Assembly (NCBI GenBank): GCA_037128935.1
Contig: JBAXVQ010000002.1
Span: 10,391-74,390, forward strand
DNA length: 64,000 bases
Direction: 5' to 3'
Origin: a bacterium
Lineage (GTDB): Bacteria > Patescibacteriota > CG2-30-54-11 > JBAXVQ01
Shown: in pieces, positions 1 through 9,459 of the stretch
How the letters are laid out: the number at the start of each line of letters is the position of its first letter
Position numbering within the stretch: position 1 is the stretch's first letter
Translations under genes and position numbers: made by a program
The notes under the pieces: generated by a model
Databases searched by the model: none
What the model was told of the DNA's origin: nothing
The model's input: only the letters and a program-made list of their open reading frames with translations

Positions 1-342
1 ATGGAATTGCTTATAAAGCTTTTTCCCAATGATGTGCAGTATATGTATACTGAATTACTTTCAAAGCAGCGTCTAAAACTTCAGGATTCTACCAACACTC
101 CATCTTCAGTTTTTTTGAAACACCTCTTTTCCAGCAAAAAAGAGTATTCAGAATTTGGTTTTGAACGAGCTCGACAAGTTACTGAGTTATTTAAAACAGC
201 TTCTCTTGCATTGGATACTGAGGAGTATTTTGAAGCATTGGTAAAAAAATCGATCCAGCAACAAGAAAGTTTAGAAAAAAGTGATAAGGTATCTTTTGAT
301 GATTATATTAAGCTAAAAAGCACTTTTTCTCACTCTATCTAA
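1..342 (+). CDS. gshA: glutamate--cysteine ligase, C-terminal fragment (5' end outside the window)
   Basis: The ORF is open to the window edge. The tail TPSSVFLKHL..EYSEFGFERARQ...KVSFDDYIKLK resembles the C-terminal region of proteobacterial-type GshA. This is recognised from memory only. Confidence 0.5.
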   Translation: MELLIKLFPNDVQYMYTELLSKQRLKLQDSTNTPSSVFLKHLFSSKKEYSEFGFERARQVTELFKTASLALDTEEYFEALVKKSIQQQESLEKSDKVSFDDYIKLKSTFSHSI

Positions 343-352
343 GGCACATACT

Positions 353-1576
353 ATGGTAGATTTTGTGTATCAGAAATTTTATGACCAATATAAGCCTGAG
401 TGTTATGAGCAGTATCTTCAGAATCTATCTGAGACTATTGGTGTTTCTTATAAATTTAGCTCTACCCCGATACTTATTTCTTCTGAACAATGGGAGCGTT
501 TGCGAGAGACCACAACTGCAGTTTTAGATTTACTGCGTTCTAGCGAGTATCAATCAAGTATTGCTAAACAATCATGGTTTCTTCCAGTGCAACCTCTTAC
601 GGAAAATGATTTTTATGGTTGTGTAGATTTTCACTTGGGGTCTGATGAAGAGAAGATCATTGAGGTTAATTTTTTTCCGCCAGGTTTTTCTAGTGTTGCC
701 GAGTTGATGGAAAGAACGTTTATTAAGCATTTTCAATTACCTCAAAAGGGGCTATTTGAGGGTTTTGAAGAGTTATTAATTAGTGCTATTACGGATAACT
801 ATAGCCATTCGAAGGTCGCAGTATCTGATATTTCTATTGATCAACAGTATACGCTTGGTGAGTTCTATTATTTGTTGAAATTAATGCAACAACATGGTGT
901 TGATGCACAACTTTGTAATGCCGAACGAGTGGCAATATCTCCTGATGGTTATCCGGTTTGGCACAACCAAGAATTTAAACGTGTGTATTCGCGTTTGATT
1001 CCTTATGATTGGGAGTATTCTAAAGAACGGTTGGGGTGTTATACAGAAATGTATACTAAGCACCCTGAAATTTTTTTCACCAACCCGTTTGGTTGGAGAC
1101 TTGCAGATAAACGCTTTCTTTCTGTGCTTTCCACTTTGCAAGATGGAGATTATGGTCTTGATGTAGTTTCTGTTGCATCTATAAGGCGAGCAACTTTGGT
1201 GACGAGGATGTTACAGGATTTTGTTGATTTGCAAAGTGTCAAAGATTGTTTTGGTAGTGTGAAAAATATAATTGTTAAGCCTGTTGATAATTTTGCAGGA
1301 CATGGGGTTCTTTTAAAGCCTACTGTTGGAGGTTTGGAGCGGCTGTTATCAAATGATAAGGCAAGAAATAACTATGTGGTGCAACAGCTTTTTCCAGCAG
1401 ACAAGTTACGCTACATTACAGATGCTGGTAAACAAGAGCCGATGAAGTATGATGTGCGGGTTGTTTTCTTGAGAGGAAATGTAGTAGGAGCTTATGGACG
1501 CGTGTATGAGGGGAGTATTACTAACTTTAGAAGTGAAGCAGGTGGCTTTGCACCTGTACTAGTATACGAAAAGTAG
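353..1576 (+). CDS. ATP-grasp family ligase, possible glutathione-synthetase-like partner of gshA
   Basis: 407-aa ORF starting 10 nt after the gshA stop. The C-terminal half has ATP-grasp-like blocks (IIVKPVDNFAGHGVLLKP, YVVQQLFP, YDVRVVFLRG, NFRSEAGGFAPV). Substrate is not determinable. Confidence 0.45.
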   Translation: MVDFVYQKFYDQYKPECYEQYLQNLSETIGVSYKFSSTPILISSEQWERLRETTTAVLDLLRSSEYQSSIAKQSWFLPVQPLTENDFYGCVDFHLGSDEEKIIEVNFFPPGFSSVAELMERTFIKHFQLPQKGLFEGFEELLISAITDNYSHSKVAVSDISIDQQYTLGEFYYLLKLMQQHGVDAQLCNAERVAISPDGYPVWHNQEFKRVYSRLIPYDWEYSKERLGCYTEMYTKHPEIFFTNPFGWRLADKRFLSVLSTLQDGDYGLDVVSVASIRRATLVTRMLQDFVDLQSVKDCFGSVKNIIVKPVDNFAGHGVLLKPTVGGLERLLSNDKARNNYVVQQLFPADKLRYITDAGKQEPMKYDVRVVFLRGNVVGAYGRVYEGSITNFRSEAGGFAPVLVYEK

Positions 1577-1590
1577 AGCAAGGAAATATG

Positions 1591-1881
1591 TTATTCTGTT
1601 GCTGTATCAGTAGGGATGGTTTCTTCTGTAGTGTTTTCGGATTCAGCAGGCGTTGTTTTGCCTGATTTGTGCTGAACAGCAGCTGATGCAGCAAGACGTT
1701 TCTTAAATTTATCAACTTGTCCAGCTGTATCGACAAGTACGTCTTTTCCACTATAGAGAGGGTGGCAAGCAGAGCAGATTTCGATTTTGATTTCAGGTCT
1801 GGTGGAACGTGTTTTCCATGTATTGCCACAAAGGCAGATTACGGTTGAGTCGTTATAGTTTGGGTGGATGCCTTTTTTCAT
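1591..1881 (-). CDS. rpmE: 50S ribosomal protein L31
   Basis: MKKGIHPNY... with CxC...CSACHPLYSG zinc-type L31 motifs. Carries an acidic, Thr-rich C-terminal tail. Confidence 0.9.
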   Translation of the reverse strand: MKKGIHPNYNDSTVICLCGNTWKTRSTRPEIKIEICSACHPLYSGKDVLVDTAGQVDKFKKRLAASAAVQHKSGKTTPAESENTTEETIPTDTATE

Positions 1882-2459
1882 GATTCTGATGGCCTTTTCC
1901 TATTAAATAAGTTCATTGCAGTTACAAAGTCATATTCTAACGCATGGTCAAGTACTTTGCAAGCTTCGTTTGTAAAATTTGGCAATGCGAGTTGTTCTTC
2001 CTTGGAAAACTTTGAAAGAACAAAATCAACAGTGTCGATGTTCTGTTTATGTTCGTTGCGGATTCCCATGCGTATCCTAGAAAAACTATTTGTTCCGATA
2101 GATTGAATGATCGATCTGATGCCTTTGTGTCCACCATCCCCTCCATCGAGACGGAGTTTCAGCGTCGAAAAGGGAACATCTATATCGTCGTAGATAAGCC
2201 ATAGATTGGTTTCTGGAGAGATTTTATAGAAGTTGAGTGCAGTTTGTACGGCACGACCAGAATTATTCATGAATGTTTGCGGTTTGAGTAGGAGTATTTT
2301 TTTTCCGCGGATGGTTACTTCTGCACTTTCTGACTCAAATTTTTTATTTGTTTGAAATGGGGATTTTACAAAGACATCAAGCGTCATAAACCCGATATTA
2401 TGTCGAGTTTTCTCGTATTCTTTTCCAGGATTTCCAAGTCCAACTATTATAGTATGCAT
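1878..2459 (-). CDS. pth: peptidyl-tRNA hydrolase
   Basis: N-terminus IIVGLGNPGKEYEKTRHNIGF and GGHKGIRSI motifs. Its stop overlaps the rpmE start by 4 nt. Confidence 0.9.
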   Translation of the reverse strand: MHTIIVGLGNPGKEYEKTRHNIGFMTLDVFVKSPFQTNKKFESESAEVTIRGKKILLLKPQTFMNNSGRAVQTALNFYKISPETNLWLIYDDIDVPFSTLKLRLDGGDGGHKGIRSIIQSIGTNSFSRIRMGIRNEHKQNIDTVDFVLSKFSKEEQLALPNFTNEACKVLDHALEYDFVTAMNLFNRKRPSES

Positions 2460-2518
2460 ATATAAGGTTTAGTGAGGGATAACAGTTTTGTTGGTTGCAT
2501 TTGTTTATGATGATTTGA

Positions 2519-3010
2519 TTAGCGGTAGTTGGTGAAAGACAAAGGAAATTCAAAGTCTTCCATTGCGTTTAAAAATGTCATAATCTCCTGGAGGATGTCC
2601 TTGCTTTTATCGCTGACACGTACAACTTCTCCTTGAATACTTACTTTTGTTTTCTTGAATTTGTCTTTAATTTTTTTCAATATTAACTTTGCTGATTCCT
2701 GATTTAATTCTTTTCGAATGTTAATTCTTTGCCTTACCATGCTGTTTGCAGCATTTTCTTCGAGTTGGGGGTCGAAAAGCTTGGGAGATAATCCTCTTTT
2801 GTAGCCTTTTTCACGGACCAACGTTATGACAGCCTGAAGACGCATGGTGCTTTCTGTTGTAATCAGTAATCCTTCCTTATCACTTTCAATTTCAGTTTTG
2901 CTTCCTTTGAAATCGTAGCGGTTGGTTATTTCTCTTCGAACTTGGTCTAGTGTGTTGATAAGTTCCTGTTGGTTGAAGTCAGCGACTATGTCAAAAGAGT
3001 ATTCTGCCAT
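2519..3010 (-). CDS. yajQ: YajQ family (UPF0234) nucleotide-binding protein
   Basis: MAEYSFDIVADFNQQELINTLDQVRREITNRYDFKGS is a typical YajQ N-terminus; 163 aa. Confidence 0.85.
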   Translation of the reverse strand: MAEYSFDIVADFNQQELINTLDQVRREITNRYDFKGSKTEIESDKEGLLITTESTMRLQAVITLVREKGYKRGLSPKLFDPQLEENAANSMVRQRINIRKELNQESAKLILKKIKDKFKKTKVSIQGEVVRVSDKSKDILQEIMTFLNAMEDFEFPLSFTNYR

Positions 3011-3220
3011 TTCGGCTCCTTGCTTGTAGGATTTTTTTTCAGTATACCTTATATTTGACTTGGACCGAAGAGTTAATGGGTTTATGAAACATTATTGTTG
3101 TAGTGAACGTCTTATTATTGAGTGGTGTTGTTATTTTGAGATTGCGATATCAGGCGTAACAATTCTTGTTACGGTTTGTTACTATAACAGATGATAGCAA
3201 ATGTTGTTGTTAGGTTCCTA

Positions 3221-3248
3221 TTGACTATTAGGACAGTTTCTCTATACT
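3221..3248 (+). promoter_or_regulatory. sigma-70-type promoter candidate (TTGACT-N16-TATACT) upstream of the ECF sigma gene
   Basis: TTGACT at 3221-3226 and TATACT at 3243-3248, 68 nt upstream of the ATG at 3316. The same -10 hexamer recurs at 21357 and 37376. Confidence 0.45.
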
Positions 3249-3315
3249 GTATCTTTTTTCTTACTAAAATAAGCATTAAAAACTCAATGTAATAAATCAC
3301 GACTGATATCGTTTT

Positions 3316-3963
3316 ATGACTATAGATGCTACTAACAACTCGTTGCAAGAACAGGATTCTGTTGTAGGGACAGATCCTACACCTGAGATTCTTAACAGAT
3401 GGCTGGAAGATGCTCGAACTGGGATGACGGCTTTTGACAACCTTTATGATTACTATTTTCCGAAAATTTATAATTATGTTTATTATCGAGTCGGAAATAG
3501 GGAGCATGCAGAAGATATGACATCAGAAGTTTTTATAAAAGTTATTTCGCGATTTGAGACCTTTTCAGGTGATTGTCAAGCCTTTACTGGTTGGATCTAT
3601 CGCATTGCAGGTAACTCTATTACTGATTATTATCGTTTGGGTCAACGGAAGACTCAGGTGCATTATGTTGATGAAACTGACCTTATTGGACTTGTGGATT
3701 CTTCTGCTACTGAGGTGGAAGTCAATTTTATTGATGCCATTGATAAGGAAAGACTGATGAGCGAGGTTCGAGAATCTATTAATACCTTGCCGGCTATTGA
3801 ACAGGAAATTATTACTTTGAAGTTTTTTGAAGGTTTGGATAACAAGACAATTGCTGAAGTTATGAATATGAAACAAGGCAATTTTAATGTTCGACTTCAC
3901 CGAACGGTTGAGAAACTCAAGACTCTTCTCGGTGGAAAAATGGGTACTGTTCATCATGTCTAA
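3316..3963 (+). CDS. ECF-type RNA polymerase sigma factor (sigma-70 regions 2 and 4)
   Basis: Region 2 block (EDMTSEVFIKV...FTGWIYRIAGNSITDYYR) and region 4 HTH (LPAIEQEIITLKFFEGLDNKTIAEVMNMKQGNFNVRLHR). Confidence 0.85.
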   Translation: MTIDATNNSLQEQDSVVGTDPTPEILNRWLEDARTGMTAFDNLYDYYFPKIYNYVYYRVGNREHAEDMTSEVFIKVISRFETFSGDCQAFTGWIYRIAGNSITDYYRLGQRKTQVHYVDETDLIGLVDSSATEVEVNFIDAIDKERLMSEVRESINTLPAIEQEIITLKFFEGLDNKTIAEVMNMKQGNFNVRLHRTVEKLKTLLGGKMGTVHHV

Positions 3964-6148
3964 GCAAAGACCAATACGGAACAATGATTTTACAGATGGG
4001 CAATTTGAAGCCTTGTTGACTATGGCTCGTCCTGGTGTTGCCTCTCCCCGCCTGGATTTTAAAGAAAATTTGCGTTCGAATCTTCGAAGTATTTATGCCA
4101 AGAAAGTTTCTGAACAACGCTCTGTTTCGTCAAGTGAACAGTACTCTTTAGTTGAACGTTTTCGTCATGCTGTTATGATGAGATTTCCTCGCTGGGTTCT
4201 CGCTCCTTTTGTATTTATGCTTTTTGCCTCTTCACTCACTACGTATGCATACACTAATTCTAGTGTTACAAATAAAAGTTCTCTTTTTATTCTGAAGCAG
4301 ACTATCGAGAGTGTTCAACTTTCTCTAGCATTTTCTCAGCAGAAGAAGGTTGAGACCTATTTAGCTTTTTCAGAGAGAAGGCTTCAGGAAGCTCGTTTTC
4401 TTGCCAGTCAGGGCGAGCTTGATCCTTCAACATTGATTGAGATAAATGAGAATCTTAACCAGTCTCTTCAAGTGCTTCAACAGGTGAAAGACCCACAGGA
4501 ACAGCAAAAGTTGATTGCTCTTGTAACTTCTACGTCTTCCCAGAATCTTACTGGGTTACGTGAGATTGCTTCACAAGTTGTTGAACATAATGACGAATAC
4601 TCATCACTTGATCAACCGAATACGACATCTGCGTCGGTTTCTCCTGAAGTGGCGTCTCTTGCCCAGGTAATGAATAATGTTACAAATACCACTTCTTCTG
4701 ACTTTATTCAAGAAAAAATTGATTCATCTTCCTCTCCCACAGCTTTTTCTGAACTTCATCATATCAATATTAGTAGTGTTCCTCCGCAGATTTTAGGAAC
4801 AAAAGGTTCATCAACTATTGTTGCTGCTCTGTTTGATCAGGCTGGAAATGATGTTACGAAACGGAATGATATTGTTTATTCTTGGAAAATACTTTCTGGG
4901 GCAGGTAATTTACAACAGATTCAGCCTAATCAAGTATTTTACACAACTTCTGAGATCCCTTCTGATTCAAAAACGGCTGTTATAGAGGTGATTGCTTCTT
5001 CAAACGGAAATTCAGTATCTAATAAGGTTTCGATTTTATTTGTTCACCCTATTGAAACTGTTGATATTGTAACTACCTTTGGTTCTGCTTTGTCGCTTTC
5101 TGGATTTACAAATGCTCAATTGAGTGCCAAGGTTGGAGTAAAATCAGAATTTTCAGACATTGGTCAACGGTTAGTTTATAAATGGACTGTACTTGACGGT
5201 AAGGTTCTGCTTTTAAATCCTTCTGCCCAGTCTACTACTATTCAACCTCAGCAATTGGGCAATGCTACGGTTCAACTTGATGTGTTCTATGGTGATGATG
5301 TAATAAGTCGACAATTTACGTTTACGGTTTTATCAGATGGTGAAACTGTTACAATAACGCCAGACATTTCTTCTTCCCCTACTGTTCCACTTCCTCAAGA
5401 AACAAAAGTAAAAACACCTTATCCAGTACTTTCTACTACACCCGAAGCTTCAGATAAGAAATATTATGTACGTATGACTTCTTCAAGTCAGGCTTTGACT
5501 GGTGGTCAGACTGCTCAAGTTAAGTTTGTTGTAAGTGATGAAAACTGGGTGCTTTATCCTGATGAGTTAGTGAAGGCGATCTTGACAGGCATAGGTTCTT
5601 TATCAGGAGTTAACAGCAATGGGGATGGCACATATACAGCTATCTATACTGCTCCTGCGACCATTGCCCACCAAACGACGGTGACGATTTCAGCTACTAT
5701 TAGTAATCGTTTTCAACCAGTGCAGTCATCACTGGTGCTTACTCTTTACCCTAAAAATATGGGTATTACTGCGGGTTCTGTTTCTGGGAAGCCTGGAGAT
5801 ATTGTAGCGATTCCTTTAACATTTTTGGTCCCTAAATATGTTTCGCTTCAAACGTGTGATTTTGTTGTGCGTTTGCCGTATAACACTCGTTTTGTTTCTG
5901 GGGGCGAACTAGTCGGTAATAATGTTCATTACAACTGCTCTTCTGAAGGTGCTGCAATGCTTAGAGTACAGATAAATGAGAGTGTGCAAGCTACTAGTTT
6001 AAGAATTATTATTCTGAACGCCACAGCTGTTGATGCTACAGGGGAAACAATTGGGGTAAAACTAACTTCTGGTGTGATTGAAATTAAAGGGTTAACGCCT
6101 ACACCTGCACCAGTTTATACAAAAATTCCTGCAAATAAATCTCTTTAA
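3956..6148 (+). CDS. membrane-anchored putative anti-sigma protein with DUF5667-like, Ig-like and C-terminal cohesin-like regions
   Basis: The ATG at 3956 overlaps the sigma stop (ATGTCTAA). One TM segment (WVLAPFVFMLFASSL) is followed by a helical DUF5667-like segment, repeated beta-rich segments, and a C-terminal ITAGSVSGKPGDIVAIPLTFL... block resembling a cohesin domain. The ORF track gives an upstream alternative start at 3887. Confidence 0.55.
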   Translation: MSKQRPIRNNDFTDGQFEALLTMARPGVASPRLDFKENLRSNLRSIYAKKVSEQRSVSSSEQYSLVERFRHAVMMRFPRWVLAPFVFMLFASSLTTYAYTNSSVTNKSSLFILKQTIESVQLSLAFSQQKKVETYLAFSERRLQEARFLASQGELDPSTLIEINENLNQSLQVLQQVKDPQEQQKLIALVTSTSSQNLTGLREIASQVVEHNDEYSSLDQPNTTSASVSPEVASLAQVMNNVTNTTSSDFIQEKIDSSSSPTAFSELHHINISSVPPQILGTKGSSTIVAALFDQAGNDVTKRNDIVYSWKILSGAGNLQQIQPNQVFYTTSEIPSDSKTAVIEVIASSNGNSVSNKVSILFVHPIETVDIVTTFGSALSLSGFTNAQLSAKVGVKSEFSDIGQRLVYKWTVLDGKVLLLNPSAQSTTIQPQQLGNATVQLDVFYGDDVISRQFTFTVLSDGETVTITPDISSSPTVPLPQETKVKTPYPVLSTTPEASDKKYYVRMTSSSQALTGGQTAQVKFVVSDENWVLYPDELVKAILTGIGSLSGVNSNGDGTYTAIYTAPATIAHQTTVTISATISNRFQPVQSSLVLTLYPKNMGITAGSVSGKPGDIVAIPLTFLVPKYVSLQTCDFVVRLPYNTRFVSGGELVGNNVHYNCSSEGAAMLRVQINESVQATSLRIIILNATAVDATGETIGVKLTSGVIEIKGLTPTPAPVYTKIPANKSL

Positions 6149-6226
6149 TTTTGAAGTTAAATTGGCTGGGTTTAAAAATGGGAGAAGGTAAGTTTTTTTA
6201 TATGTTTATGGCTCATTGGATTTAGC

Positions 6227-6302
<76 letters not shown>

Positions 6303-6376
6303 AATTTTGCCTTAATGATCATAGCATTCAGAGTTGAGAAGGTGAAGAGGGGAATTTTTGATGGTTTTGGAGTGGG

Positions 6377-7051
6377 TTATACAACTGTTTTCTTGCGAGA
6401 AAATAATGTTTTAGGAATTTCAAAGGGGCTTCCTTCGCCGTCTTCTTCATGAGCTTTAGACGTAGTGTGACTAGATCCTGATGAGTGTTCATCGTTTGAA
6501 GATGAGGATCTTGGGATAAGGTTTTCTATTGTAGCCCATTCGCTGTTAAATGTTGAGGGAATAATGATGGCTACTTCATCCCCAACCTGAGCTCGATAGT
6601 AGGAAACTGAAGCAGCTAGTACTCTGTATTGTTTGTTGGCAACAGCTACTTTGTATGTTTTTCCGTCTTGAACCAAAACACCTGTGGTAAATTTTCTATC
6701 GACAGGTCCGATTTGTTTGTATGTAAAAGTTCCATCAGGTCCAATTATCAGTTTTAATTTGTCACCATAGACAAGTTTTGATTTACTGGCGTAGTTTGGC
6801 GGGACGGAGTATTTCTTTTTGTCTGGGCCGTACATACTTTCACCGTCAAACACACCTTCGATAACTTTGCCATCTTCAGACATCGATAGGTCCGAAAGTT
6901 GAAGCTTTCCGTTGGATTGGTAATCTATTTCTTCTGGGGGCCCAGTTGCGGTACCACCAAGGATCTGATTCAGCAGTTCTTTTGCTTGTGCAATGTTCGT
7001 TTCGGCATTTACCAATAACGATCGCACAATTTCGATTTTGTTTTTATCCAT
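6377..7051 (-). CDS. hypothetical protein
   Basis: 224-aa ORF with a helical N-terminus, a beta-rich core and a Ser/His/acidic tail. No family recognised. Confidence 0.5.
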   Translation of the reverse strand: MDKNKIEIVRSLLVNAETNIAQAKELLNQILGGTATGPPEEIDYQSNGKLQLSDLSMSEDGKVIEGVFDGESMYGPDKKKYSVPPNYASKSKLVYGDKLKLIIGPDGTFTYKQIGPVDRKFTTGVLVQDGKTYKVAVANKQYRVLAASVSYYRAQVGDEVAIIIPSTFNSEWATIENLIPRSSSSNDEHSSGSSHTTSKAHEEDGEGSPFEIPKTLFSRKKTVV

Positions 7052-7149
7052 CTAGAGTCTCCTTACATCTTTTTTTGTTTTTTTTTAGTATTAGATTACA
7101 ATAGTAACAGAAATACTACTGTTTGTCAACGTTTTAGAAGGATAATCCT

Positions 7150-8043
7150 ATGGGTTTTGTGCAAAATCTTCAGAAAAATATTTCGAAAAATAACAGTCTT
7201 TTGTGTGTCGGTTTGGATGCTGATAAAGCAAAATTACCACAGTCGGTTTTACAGTTGCCTCTACCCCAGTTTGCTTTTAATAAAGCGATTATTGATGCAA
7301 CCTTGCAATATGTTTCTTGTTATAAACCAAATAGTGCATTTTATGAATCTTGCGGTAAAGAAGGTTTGGAGTCACTTGAGAAGACCATTGAGTATTTACA
7401 CCAAAAAGATGTCCCTGTGGTTTTGGATGTTAAGCGCGGGGATATTGGTAATACTGCACAACAGTTTGCAATTTCTGCATATGATGAATTGGGTGCGGAT
7501 TCAGTTACATTAAATCCTTATATGGGATTGGATGCCATAGAGCCATTTTTAAATTATAGAGACAAGTATTCTTTTGTTTTAGTGAAAACGTCAAATAGCA
7601 CTTCTGGTGATTTTCAGGATCTTTATGTCACTTCTTTGCCTAGTATTTCGCCAGTTCTGGGTGTTTTTCGAGCTGGTGAACAGGAAAATGTTTATGGAGT
7701 GGCAGTGACTACCCCTTCCCCGCTTTATATGCATGTTGCTAGAAAAGTACTCCAGTGGAATGAGTTGTATAACAACTGTGGTATGGTTGTTGGCGCTACA
7801 TATCCTGAACAACTTGCTGAAATTCGTGCTTTGTCAGAACAATCATGGATATTGGTACCTGGTATTGGCAAACAAGGTGGTGATTTGGAAAAAACCTTGA
7901 AGGCAGGTTTGAATAAAGATAAAGAAGGTTTGATATTGGTTTCTGCTAGAGAGATTATCTTTGCATCCTCTGGGGGAGATTTTGCTGAAAAAGCTGGTGA
8001 GAAAGCAAAAGAAACAAGAGATGCAATTAATCTCTATCGTTAG
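7150..8043 (+). CDS. pyrF: orotidine 5'-phosphate decarboxylase (long, type 2 form)
   Basis: LCVGLDAD, KPNSAFYE and LDVKRGDIGNTA motifs. Confidence 0.85.
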   Translation: MGFVQNLQKNISKNNSLLCVGLDADKAKLPQSVLQLPLPQFAFNKAIIDATLQYVSCYKPNSAFYESCGKEGLESLEKTIEYLHQKDVPVVLDVKRGDIGNTAQQFAISAYDELGADSVTLNPYMGLDAIEPFLNYRDKYSFVLVKTSNSTSGDFQDLYVTSLPSISPVLGVFRAGEQENVYGVAVTTPSPLYMHVARKVLQWNELYNNCGMVVGATYPEQLAEIRALSEQSWILVPGIGKQGGDLEKTLKAGLNKDKEGLILVSAREIIFASSGGDFAEKAGEKAKETRDAINLYR

Positions 8044-8074
8044 TTTTTACTTACTTTAGTGTAATTACTTTATA

Positions 8075-9439
8075 GTGAATGTGAGTGCTATGCGTCTTTT
8101 GTTAAAGCATGGTTTGCTTGTGATGGGGCATGAATCTTTTTATGGTGATGTTTTTATAGAGAATGGTGTGATTGAGGAAATCAACTCTTCTATTTCCCGC
8201 GTCTCGGATAAGGAAATTTCCTGTGAGGGGAAATTCATACTCCCTGGGATGATTGATACTCATGTCCATTTTCGTGATCCTGGATTTACCCAGAAAGGTG
8301 ATGCACTAACTGAATCAGTCGCAGCAATAAGTGGTGGGGTCACGACTATCTGTGATATGCCCAACACGAAGCCGCAAACTACGACAGTTGATTTGGTACT
8401 GGAAAAGCAAGTACTCTACGCAAACAAGTGTCTGTGTAATTTTGGGATCTATATTGGTGCTACAAAGACCAATCTTGATGAGTTGAAGAAAGCTGATGAG
8501 TTAGATACTATTCCGGCAATCAAAGTTTTTATGGCGGAAAGTACAGGTGAGATGACTTTGGCAGATGATGGATATCTATCTGAGATATTTAGTAATACTA
8601 AGAAATTAATTGCCACACATGCAGAGAGTGAAGCAAGAAGATTATTGAGAATGGGATTGTTTTCTGAAGGGAAGCTTCCTGGGGCAGAACATATACTTTT
8701 TGATGATCCCTACCAGCATGTATTAGTTCGTGATAATGAAGTTGCTGCACTAGGTTCAAAACATGCGGTGGAGTTGTCTTTGAAGTACAAGCGGAAAATG
8801 CATATATTGCATGTTTCGGCCAAGGAGGAACTTGCTTATATTGAACAAGGAATTCAGGCTGGTTTTGTAACAGCAGAAACTTGCCCACATTATTTATGGT
8901 TTACTCGTGAAGATGTTCGATCTCATGGCATGTATAGGATAATGAACCCTTCATTAAAAGGGGAAGAAGATCGAGAGGCATTGTGGGATGCTTTGCGTAG
9001 CGGTGTTATTTCCCAGATTGCGACTGATCATGCTCCTCACTTGCCCGTAGAAAAAGATTTGCCCTACGGGCAAGCGCCAGCTGGATTGCCGGGTGTAGAG
9101 TTTGCATTGCCTTTGCTGTTGCATGCGGTTTCAGAAGGAAAATTGAGTTTGCCTCAAGTTGTACGATTATGTTGTGAACATCCTGCAATGAATTATGGTA
9201 TTCTTCATAAAGGATTTCTGGAAGAGGGATATGATGCTGATCTTGTGATTATTGACCCTAATGTTTCATTAGAAATAACTAGGGAAAGTATTCGGTCTAA
9301 ATGTGGATGGTCCCCCTATGAAGGGATGACTTTGAAGGGTGGAGTGGTAGAGAAAACCATTGTTAATGGTGAGTTGGTGTTTGATAATGGCACTATGGTT
9401 AGCGCTGCTAAAGGTAAGTCTATACAAGTTGTAATCTAG
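8075..9439 (+). CDS. pyrC: dihydroorotase (cyclic amidohydrolase family)
   Basis: DTHVHFRDPG metal-binding motif and ATDHAPH; sits in pyrimidine gene context. The true start may be the ATG at 8090. Confidence 0.8.
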   Translation: MNVSAMRLLLKHGLLVMGHESFYGDVFIENGVIEEINSSISRVSDKEISCEGKFILPGMIDTHVHFRDPGFTQKGDALTESVAAISGGVTTICDMPNTKPQTTTVDLVLEKQVLYANKCLCNFGIYIGATKTNLDELKKADELDTIPAIKVFMAESTGEMTLADDGYLSEIFSNTKKLIATHAESEARRLLRMGLFSEGKLPGAEHILFDDPYQHVLVRDNEVAALGSKHAVELSLKYKRKMHILHVSAKEELAYIEQGIQAGFVTAETCPHYLWFTREDVRSHGMYRIMNPSLKGEEDREALWDALRSGVISQIATDHAPHLPVEKDLPYGQAPAGLPGVEFALPLLLHAVSEGKLSLPQVVRLCCEHPAMNYGILHKGFLEEGYDADLVIIDPNVSLEITRESIRSKCGWSPYEGMTLKGGVVEKTIVNGELVFDNGTMVSAAKGKSIQVVI

Positions 9440-9459
9440 GTTATGAGGAGTAACTATCG

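Noticed and set aside
1527-1829. 100-aa minus-strand ORF overlapping rpmE in another frame
   Set aside because: The L31 frame carries unmistakable ribosomal protein motifs. The alternative frame is a by-product.
3169-3507. 112-aa minus-strand ORF spanning the sigma-factor promoter and start
   Set aside because: It overlaps the 5' end of a well-supported sigma gene and an AT-rich intergenic region. The product is hydrophobic and low-complexity, with no RBS context.
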